64,000 nt of DNA from Oikopleura dioica. Lineage: Eukaryota; Animalia; Chordata. Made by a program: the position numbers and the translations under genes. Location: positions 6,448,001-6,512,000 of the forward strand of contig OU015568.1 in NCBI GenBank assembly GCA_907165135.1. The letters are read 5' to 3'. Positions 13,047 to 22,419 of this stretch are shown in pieces; positions within the stretch are counted from its first letter, which is position 1; the number at the start of each line of letters is the position of its first letter. Below the pieces are notes generated by a model. The model worked only from the letters and a program-made list of their open reading frames with translations. It had not been told where the DNA came from and searched no databases.

Positions 13047-13195
13047 GCTCGCGCTCTAATACAAGCTTTTGGTTGGACCCGCGCTCTAATTGAAGCTTCT
13101 GATTGGGCGTGCGCTCAGATTCAAGCTTCTGATTTGGCGCGCGCTCGAAAAGAAGATTTTGATTGGGCGCGCGCTCGATTTTAAGAACTCTTATT
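13047..13195. repeat. About 5 degenerate ~30-bp tandem units, most with GATTGG (reverse CCAAT) plus CGCGCTC
   Basis: aagcttctgattgggcgtgcgctcagattc-like unit repeated. Confidence 0.6.
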
Positions 13196-13891
13196 TTTAA
13201 GAATGATGAGTCTACTGTTTATTTATTTCATAATTATCAATTCATCAGAAGACTTTTGAAGAAAAATTATGCAACATTCAGCAGTTTGTAAAGATCGCTT
13301 TCCAACTTCTGAACTACTCAAGAAGATTAATTGAAGAACTTGAACTTTTTATTTGAAATCTTTCTCGTTCTCCACCAGTATTCAGTGGTGCACCCAGGCC
13401 AAAATCCCCAGGCTCGCTTTTTCGGATCTCCTTTTTGATATCGACTAACGCAGTTTGTTCTTGAGAGGATGCAACTTTCTATTCGATCATTCCACTCCTT
13501 GTTCCACTCATCAACACTTGTTAGAATACATTTCTTATTAAAAAAGAAAAAGCGCTTACGCTTTATCAGTAACCATGAAACAGTCTTTCCGTTCCTCAAG
13601 AAGCGCTTTGATGACATTTATTATAACTTGCAGCTGGCATTCTAAAAGAATATTTATTTGAAATAGCGATTCTTCCTTTCTACCGATCATAAATATCTCG
13701 GAATTGTGCCCTACTCCTGTCATCGGGCCTAATATATGGACAAGATTCGGCACCTTCTGATAAAATACTCCCCAAAAGGTCCTTTTCTCATTTCCTGGTT
13801 TCAGCATTTGAAGATGCGCATTGTCCTTAATGACAATGAATTCAAATTAAAGATTTTAGAAATACTTTTATCAGAAAATTAAGATTCGCGG

Positions 13892-14113
13892 CAGAGTTGG
13901 TAAAAAAGTATACTTCACTCGCCCTTCAGAATGAAGTATACTTCATGAAGTATACTTCAGGGCGTTGCAGGGCGTTGAAGGGCGTGAAGTGGAGGGAGGC
14001 GATTTTCTGGCAGTTAGATTTTCTGGCAGTTAGACTTTCTGGCAAAGGCGATTTTCTGGCAATGCCAGAAAATCTAATATGCCAGAAAGTCTAACTGCCA
14101 GAAAATCGCCTCT
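13892..14113. repeat. Left TIR of the MULE element: gaagtatacttc palindromes plus a hairpin of ~14-bp tandem ttttctggcagttag units
   Basis: Near-identical, apart from indels, to the reverse complement of the hairpin and outer end of 20957-21439. Confidence 0.85.
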
Positions 14114-14951
14114 TTTGATTTCACATCTATAGTTAATGATCCTGGAAGATAAAAAAACGGAGAGAAGAAGAGCTCGGAATTCATCTTCTGATTCTTCTGA
14201 GAAATAGTCAGGCGCGCGTGGGCGGCGCGCTCCTCCCTTATTCGCCGCGCTGTGCTCGCCTGAATTTAGTTGATAAATCAACGGTTTTTTTCAAGCGGAA
14301 ATGATGAAGATCAGAGAAGAATTAACTGCCAGAGGAATTAGAGAAGAATTAACTGCCTATAAAATTTTGCCCAATTCGCTTAAAACTTATGAACTGTGTT
14401 TCCGCTTTGTTTCGCCTCCAAACTTCAACCTTTCGTATTTAATGTATGATGCGTTTTCTTCTCTCTTTCGATGCACAAACCGTTGATAAGTTAAATGTTT
14501 CTATTTTTTTTCAATTTTTGACATTAAAGCTTTACGAGTTGCGAAACTAAAATACTGTCTATCATTTTTAAATTTTAATTCAGAATTTCAATTTCAGAAA
14601 GGACTCAGTGTTGAAAATTGACCATATAAAATAACAACGGGGAGAATATTGAACCCGTTATAATTGTGGGCCTCCAGAAGAATTTACCCGTTATAATTGT
14701 GCCCTTTCTTTAATTTAACATGATTTTGAACTCCTCGAAAGATATTGAAGAACTTCCTGCCAGTATTCTTCTCGCAGACAACAAAGAAAGCTTCCGAATT
14801 CTAGGAACTCGATGAATCAACAAAACGACGTGCTCGATTCCATCTTTAGGAGCTCCAACGAAGAAGAAAAATATATAGGAAAGGAGTTTCGAATTTTCTT
14901 TTGCAATCAATTTTTTCACTTATTGGTTTATTTTTCAGCGGCTTCAATTAA

Positions 14952-15208
14952 CTGAGACGTTACAAATTTACCGGTGCAAATGCGTCAAATACAGTGCTGT
15001 GATTGGCTGAATTAGGGACACGTAGTCCTTTGAAAAATGAAAAATCGCCATAAATCCGAAATTTTTTGAGATCTCGAAAATCTGAGATGATACTGGCATA
15101 GAGCTTGAGATTCTCCGTCGATACGTATAAAGATGTCTTGGGCTACAATGTAACCCTTAGGCGCTAGAGCAACAGCAAGTTTGCCCCGGTAATTTTGTAA
15201 CGGCTCTG
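14952..15208. mobile_element. Nested MITE with ~30-bp TIRs (CAGAG-like termini) inside the MULE element
   Basis: ctgagacgttacaaatttaccggtgcaaa versus tttgccccggtaattttgtaacggctctg; no TSD seen. Confidence 0.6.
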
Positions 15209-15278
15209 ACCTATGGAAATCGTCCGTAACGAATGTAACGAGTTTGATGAAAATGTAAGGAGCTTTTTTTATAGAACA

Positions 15279-18200
15279 TCAGAAGTCTTCTTCGTCGGAA
15301 GTGGCGAGTACTTCTTTTAATTGGCGCATCAAATCGTCATCGTCTTTTTATTATTTATCAAGTTATTCTAATTAAATACAATTAAATAAGAAACCATTAT
15401 ATACGTGTAAACAATCCTGGGATATCTGCTTTTCTCATTTCTTCGCGTTTTCGCAATTTCGCATTTTCCGCCTTCATTTTTTCCAGCTCTTCCCGTAACT
15501 CTGCGATCAACTCTTCATTTTGTTCTTTTTTTCTTTGAATGGTTTGACGCCGTTTATTTGCTATATCAGCATAGTAGCCCTAAATATTCTGCTATTTTCT
15601 TAAAGAAACATACAAGCATTACCTTAGGATCATTTTCTCTTTTTTTTCGATTTCTTTCTTTAAGAATTTTCTTTTCTTTCGCAATTTGGGCTGCCAAACG
15701 CACTTCGGCTTCAGTTTTCTTCTTTTTCTTTTTTGGTGGGGAATCATGCTCGCAATAGGTTGATTTTTTCGCATTCCGCTTCACTTTTGCGCACAAACTA
15801 CGCGTATTTTGCGAAGATTCGGGGCGCTCATCTAGAATAATTAACATTCTGCTTGATAAAACTAAACTTACGATCCGATTCAGAATCTGACAATGAAAGA
15901 TCCCGCGTTTTGCGCTGTTTTGCGGATTTTGCGCTGCGAATATACTTCCGTGGCTGCTTGGGTTCAGATAGAACCAGCTTTTCGGGACTAGTTCTGTCAT
16001 CAAAATTCCGGTAAGAATCAGATGTTGGACGAGAACGATTAGCTTGTCCGGCTTCGTCATTTTCTTAAATGAAAGTCATTTATTTTTTAAATATGGACAG
16101 TTACCTTGCTCCGATTCTGAAGACGAAGGACGATTTGGAAACTGTTTTCTGATCGTTTCATCTATCTCATCGGTTTTATCCAGAAGTCGTTCCCAATGTA
16201 TTGGAGATGGCGATTTTTCAACTAGAAATATTAAATTTTTGATATTTACATTTTTGATATATTACAGTTTTCAGGCTCACGATCCTCATTGTCCGACGGT
16301 AAAGAGTCCACTGGAGGTGGGTCGAACTCATGGATAACAGCTGGCACATCGACTTCATCATTGCTCGTCTCCTCATCGACTCTTCTTTCCACTCTTTGAA
16401 CTGGCTGAGCGATTGGCGCCGCAACTCTTCTCAAATCGAATTCTCCTCCTTGCTGAGCGAAAGGATCTGGGTCAACTTGCTCACCAGCTGTTTCTTGCTC
16501 ATCGCGAACTGGGGACATCACAGGCATTGCTTCTTGAAACTGGTATGACTAAATAATTTTTATTTTTGTATAAAAAATAGTAACTATACGTCAGCTGTTG
16601 ATTCTTTAATCAAATTTTGAAATACAGCAGTTTCTGGTTGCGTGGCGTTGTTGATAAAATGTCGGAGTTTCTGAGTAGATTTCAATGACTCGGCCTTTGA
16701 TCTGGCCCTCATCAAGCCGAAGCCGACAGAAACAATTGCTTCTTCGATTGAGCCATTTTCTGCGCATTTTTTGTCAAATCTTGCTAGCTGCTCGTAGCGT
16801 ACAACCGCAACTAAGGCGCACAATCTGTCATTTTTAGTACTTTGCTGGCTGTTGCTCTCAAGCTTAGCAATTTCCGTACTGAAGCTTTCACTTTTAAAGC
16901 CATTAGCAATGGAGATGACCGTAGATAGCTCTGTCGCATTGTTGATTCCTTGATCCACCAGGGATGAGTTCTAAACATTTAATTTTAGTTGGAATCGCAT
17001 CTTCACGAATTCGATGTTTTTACAAGATTTCCCATCGAAAAAAAGGTAACTTACCATGATTTCAAGACTGTTATTAGTCAAGAATTTTGAACCATTCCTC
17101 GCTCCTATCGATAATGCAAGGGCCCATGAACTAGGAGGGAATTTAGCATCGTCATTCAAGTACGTCGTAGAAAGATATCTGTAGAACTCATTAATCTCGT
17201 CTTTGATTAGTGGTGTAGACAGTTCATCAAGTGTTCGACGCAAAAGCTGCATAAATGTGTCGTAGAATGTAGGTTCGGTCAAGTGAATGAATGGGATCGC
17301 ATGGATGAGTGCTTGGAGTATCTTTCCATTTTTCTCCCAGAGTGCCAACAGTCCATGACTTTGTAAATATCTTCTAACACTCTGTAACCAATGAAAGTAG
17401 CACCCAACCATGCGTAGATTCTTCTCCGGCCATGTTTCGCGAATCGAATTTCTGAGCCCAGGTTCGAAATCGGACGAGACAGTTGTAAATTCAGAATCAG
17501 GACAAAGTTTCTTTTTGTAGATCAATTTACAGTTTTTTCAGGAAAATCGGCTGCTCTGCTATTCAAAACTACCGAACGGCCGATTGTGGTCCTCATCAAC
17601 GTTATTACACACGACAAATTCGCTGCCGAACCAAGTAAGTTCAAAATTTTCAATATTGATCATTTCCTTTAAAGCCTCAAAGACAATCTTGTAGCCTTCT
17701 TTAGACTGACCCTTGAGAATAATAAAGAATCTAGGATTAACACTATCATCTCGGTCTCTTGATCCAATAATGAGGAGTTGACGGTAGCCAAACTTCTTTT
17801 GCTGGCCTTTCGTAAAGAATTTACCGTCAACAAACCAGTGTTTTGAAGAGGTCAGCATGCGCAAATCGTGTTGAGTCGCAAAAGCTAGAGCTTCATCCCA
17901 TATCGGGCTTCGTTGTTCCGGCGAAAGAAACTCATTCATTAGAATCCATTTTGTTTCACCATCGCCTTTTCGTGATTTATTAATGAATTATTACTTTTCA
18001 ATGTTCGTTTCGTGAAACAAAAATGATGTCCTCGTTGTCTCCACCTTACCCCTCATCTTTCGAATCGTTTTTAATCAAGCTACATTTGGTTTAGGTTCCA
18101 TCCGACTAAAGACAGTAAAGTACAATGCAAAACACGAGCACGAATATGTCAATAACTTCAAAGTCTTGCAAAACTCGTTCAAAAAATGGGCGTAGATAAG

Positions 18201-20645
18201 GTTTGTCTTCATCAAAATTATAACTCTACACAGAAACAAGAAATTAGACTACGTTGACGCGCCACAAAGTTATGAAGCAGATTCTGAAACCTTCGCAAGA
18301 CACAATATTCTCTGCGAGAAGAAAGGACTCTGGACTCTGCCAGCTGATTATCCACAGGTAAAGCGTATCACTCAGAACTTTCTTTACAGTTATTCAGACA
18401 ATTCTTGAGTGCTTCCAGCGAGGAAGAGAGACCGCCAGTGATAATGCTATCATTTGAGGCACTCCGACGCCAGATTTGACAGATTACACGACCCGTACTT
18501 ATGGCGAGTTCGCTGCAACATCTCAATACCTGGCGAATTCACTGAAAAAGCACGGACTTATCAGTGGAGAAAGCAAAATTGCGATCTACTCGTCGAATTG
18601 CTACGAATACGACGCAGTAATCATTGGAGGATACTATCAAAATATATGCAATGTTTCGCTTTACGATACTTTTGGTGAACAAGCAGTCAAATACATTCTC
18701 GAGCACGTAAGTTTACAACTTCTTTACGAGATTATTTTTACTTTTTCTTCAGATTGAAGCTCCAATCTGCTTCGTTCAAAATCAAAAGAAACTTGACCTC
18801 ATTCTCAAAATCAAGCCTGCTCATCTTCAAACAATCGTTGTGTTTCGAAAATTCAAGAAGGTCAAGTCCTCCAATTATAAAATCATAAGTTTCGACGATT
18901 TTATTGCAATCGGAAAAGACAGCTCGTTTGATAATGTTCCGCCGACTTCTTCAGGTAAAAATGATAAAAATAGGGGCGATCATTTAATTTCATTATTCAG
19001 ACATTGCTACGATCAATTACACATCCGACACGACTGGCGATCCGAAAGGCGTCGTCTTGACTCACAAGAACATCTGCACCGTCTGCTGTGGCATTACAAT
19101 CTTCTCGGTTAAAGAGCCTTGGAAAACAAGCGACGTCTGGTTCAGCTATTTGCCGATGGCTAATATTTTTTTAAACTTGTTGACGTGCCCGACATGGATT
19201 ATTATGCGCGCGAAGGAAAAGGAGAAATCTGCTTCCGTGGCGACAACGTCATGCAAAGTAATTTCCTTTCACCACTGTCAAGTGTCTCACACTTCGTTCA
19301 ATGGTTTAAAAAGTTTTTCGACGCTAACTATCAGGTAAATCAAAAAGAACGCGAAATCCTTTTTCAATTCTGATTTCAAAGGGAGAACCTCTTGGTCCCG
19401 TTCATGCGAGAGCGAACGCTGGTGTGACTCCCGCTTCAAATTCGCTGCAGTTTCTACAACAGCAAAGAAAGCACCCGCTCGAGCTGGAGCTCCCGCTGCT
19501 CGGGTCCTCGAAGCCCCAAGAACTCCTGCATCGTAAGAGAAGCCGCTTGCGGCTTCGAATTTATGTTAGTTCAGGGAAAGACAAAGGAAAAAGAAGAACG
19601 CACGGCCTCTGCTTTTCTACCGTATCAAGGATGTCCCAAGCTCTAAAGGATAATTCAACTCAAGATTTAACTAAACTATATTCACTGTCATTTCTTTCGT
19701 GCATCTGTGCTCGGTCAAATAAATCACTTTCCTAGTACTGTCATCCAGTCTTCCAAGCGTCGAGGATCAGGAACTGTAGCGGCCTTTATTTTTCTTTCGT
19801 ACTTTCTGGAATTCTGAGCAAGACGTCTCATCTCCTTTTTCGTGAAAAGATTGCCTCTTTCCATGCTCGAAAGTTGTGAATCTTTTTGAACTTCTCCACG
19901 AATTGTCTGTTGACTTTTTGGGCGAATTTGGTTCCTGTTGAGCATGGACACAGTCGTTGCGTACTGTAATCGCTTCTTTTCGAGTGCATCGTTCTTCAGA
20001 CATTTATTCATGTGAATGTCTACTTTCGACTCTAGCTTTCCACATCGCCAATTGCTGAGCTCAAAAAAACGAGGAGATTCCATATCAACAACTTTTGCAA
20101 ACATCCAAATCTTCGTTGAACAGCGGAATGAAGCGTCTTTCGAATATGATTGATTTTCACACTCGACTCGCATCTTGAAACGGAAGTCAGGATCGTCGTT
20201 TTTAGAATGCAGAATCGTTTTCTTCGCTTTTCTTGCTTTGAAAGCAAATGATCTGGAAGCAACTTTGACGAGGAAGGATGCATTGTTTTTTGAGTTTCGT
20301 TGAATCGTTACCAAGGCAGGGTTTTCGACAGTACCACCAATGTTTTCTTACACGTTTTATAAAAATTCATTGACAAAGGCCACTTTTGACCCATTTATTC
20401 AAGATTAATAGCTGTAGCAAACATAAATCAGCTTCTTCCGGGAATTTCTGTGTTAATCACCCGGTGTTTGCATCTGATTTCGAGTACTTGGTCACAGTGA
20501 GCACCCACTGAGATAATGGCGCACGCAAATGCTTTTTGAAACTGAACTTGTTATAAAACTATCCTGAAAATTCTTCCTCAGAAGGTGGTGGAATCGGTGT
20601 CAGTTTCAACATTTTTCTATCCGCATTCTCTTCATCATCCTCCAT
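15279..20645 (-). CDS. MULE transposase (FLYWCH/WRKY-like N-terminal domain, DDE core, basic coiled-coil tail), predicted 11 exons
   Basis: Core: [42 protein letters not shown]. Exon 20346-19732 has C..C..H..C and joins in phase to 17965 (VLG|DGETKWIL). All junctions can be put in phase, four of them needing GA donors. Confidence 0.8.
18186..19260 (+). pseudogene. Long-chain acyl-CoA synthetase (ACSL-like) fragment lying in the transposase intron
   Basis: [38 protein letters not shown] (G to D in the AMP-binding loop), FSYLPMA jumps directly to [23 protein letters not shown] (large internal deletion). In-frame TGA near 18455; host-type introns retained; no C-terminus. Confidence 0.85.
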
Positions 20646-20956
20646 TTTCTCAGAAAAATCAAAATCTAACTTTTCAGCTGCCTGTTAACCCGTTTGTTAC
20701 TCCGAAAATAGCAAGAACGAACTGTGGATGCTGCCCTCATTCTATTTTTAGCGCAGAAATTTCAATTCCAAATTCGTCGTCTTTTTTAGCGCCCTGAATA
20801 GTCGGCTTTTAGATCAAACGCTCCCGTCGAAAGGTGCAAACTCCTGCTGAAACTGCTCCGGAATGAAATTTGTGTGATAATCACCAGTTTTTCGAATTTA
20901 TAAATGATTTTATTAAAAAGAGTTTTTTGCAGAGTTTCAAATAATATGCATACTAA

Positions 20957-21439
20957 AAAGGCGATTTTCTGGCAGTTAGACTTTCTGGCAGTTAGATTTT
21001 CTGGCAAAGGCGATTTTCTGGAAGTTAGATTTTCTGGCAGTGCCAGAAAATCGCCTTTGCCAGAAAGTCTAACTGCCAGAAAATCTAACTGCCAGAAAAT
21101 CGCCTCTCTCCGTGAAGTGTACTTCCGCCCTTCCCTCTACTTCAACCGCCCTTCCGCCCTTCACTCTACTTCAAATTGGTTCTGTCGGCCATCAGAATCC
21201 ATCCGCCAGAATTTTTTCAAATTTCGCGCTTATTGGCTCACAGGCGCCATGATTTAAATCACGCTGATTGTGGCAGATGAAGTGGCAGCTAAAGTTTTCG
21301 ATAAGAACCGATAGCTGAAGTATACTTCAGCGCGTGAAGTATACTTCAGAGCCTTTTCGTACTTCACCGCCCTTCAAGAATGAAGGGCGCCCTGCAGATT
21401 TTTGAAGGGCGGGGGGAAGTATACTTTTTTCCAGCTCTG
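20957..21439. repeat. Right TIR of the MULE element (longer, with an extra internal segment)
   Basis: Hairpin of gattttctggcagtta units followed by gcccttc and gaagtatacttc motifs to ctctg. Confidence 0.85.
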
Positions 21440-22047
21440 ATTCGCGGTCCAATCAAACCCTGTTGCAAAAATAATCACATCGAGTTCATGCTGAGTATCC
21501 TTCGTGACAATCCCATTTTCGCTCAGTTCAATAATTCCAGAGTTGTCCAATTCGTAGCATGGCTCATTGAGAGCCGAGTAAAACTCGTCAGAAATCATGA
21601 TCCTTTTGCAGCCAAGAAGAAAATCAGGAATCATCGCTTCTGCGACCCGTTCATCCTTGACTTCTTTTCTGACTCTCTGGGCATTCTGTTCACACATCCA
21701 GTTGTTGACTCCAAGTTTCCAGAAACGCAAGAGAAGGAAGTATCGGATCTCTCGGTAGATGAATTGAGACCATCTGTAAATTATTCCAAATGGGAATATC
21801 GCTAGAATGCTTTTAGCGAAGTATGAGTATGCAAATTGATCTCGAGGCAGAATAAATGCTGGGCTTCGCTGAAAATGAACAAGCTTTTTAACTTTTAAGC
21901 GACGGAGAATTGTGGGTAAAACTTGGACAGCGGATGCTCCAGAACCGATGATCCCAACACGTTTCTCTGTCAAATCAAGATCCTTTGGCCACTGGGATGT
22001 GTGAATCTTCAGTCCCTTGAAATTCTCGAAGCCTTGAATGTCTCCCC

Positions 22048-22206
22048 CAGGGTTTGAAAAGTCTGAGCATGAGCACTGAGCATGCTCAGCGTGCTCAAGC
22101 TCAACGAAAATTCCAGCGTGTCGTGCTCACCCGTGCTCAAGCTCAATTAAATCTGAGCATTCGCGGTCCATGCTCAGTCAAATTTTGTGACTTTTTTCAA
22201 ACCCTG
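22048..22206. mobile_element. 159-bp CAGGG-type (hAT-like) MITE inserted in BVMO coding sequence
   Basis: TIR cagggtttgaaaa / ttttcaaaccctg; 8-bp TSD gtctcccc (22040-22047) / gcctcccc (22207-22214). Confidence 0.85.
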
Positions 22207-22419
22207 GCCTCCCCAGTTTGGTCGATGAAGTCCCCCAGCGCACGAGATCAAGATATTGAACGTTTCTTCCGTTTTTTTGCCTTCTTTTACTTTTGTTATC
22301 TCCCAAAGTCGAGCTTTGTCATTCCAAAAAGCACGAGTTATTTCCGTCTCAAATTCTTTTCGCGGCTTTTATCAAAAGAAGTACTAAAAAAGTTATAAAA
22401 TAAAAATCTGATTTAGTTG

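Larger units (their letters stand above)
13892..21439 (-). mobile_element. Complete Mutator (MULE/Phantom-like) DNA transposon, 7548 bp, with foldback-type TIRs
   Basis: Ends cagagttggtaaaaaagtatacttc / gaagtatactttttt-ccagctctg are inverted; identical flanks ATTCGCGG at 13884-13891 and 21440-21447; internal MULE DDE transposase. Confidence 0.9.

Noticed and set aside
14115-14950. ORFs 14030-14281 and 14710-14919 inside the MULE element
   Set aside because: Short, partly derived from TIR repeats and unrecognisable; might be cargo but unsupported.
18450-18460. In-frame TGA in the ACSL fragment as selenocysteine or readthrough
   Set aside because: The fragment also has a P-loop mutation, a large deletion and no C-terminus; pseudogene decay explains it.
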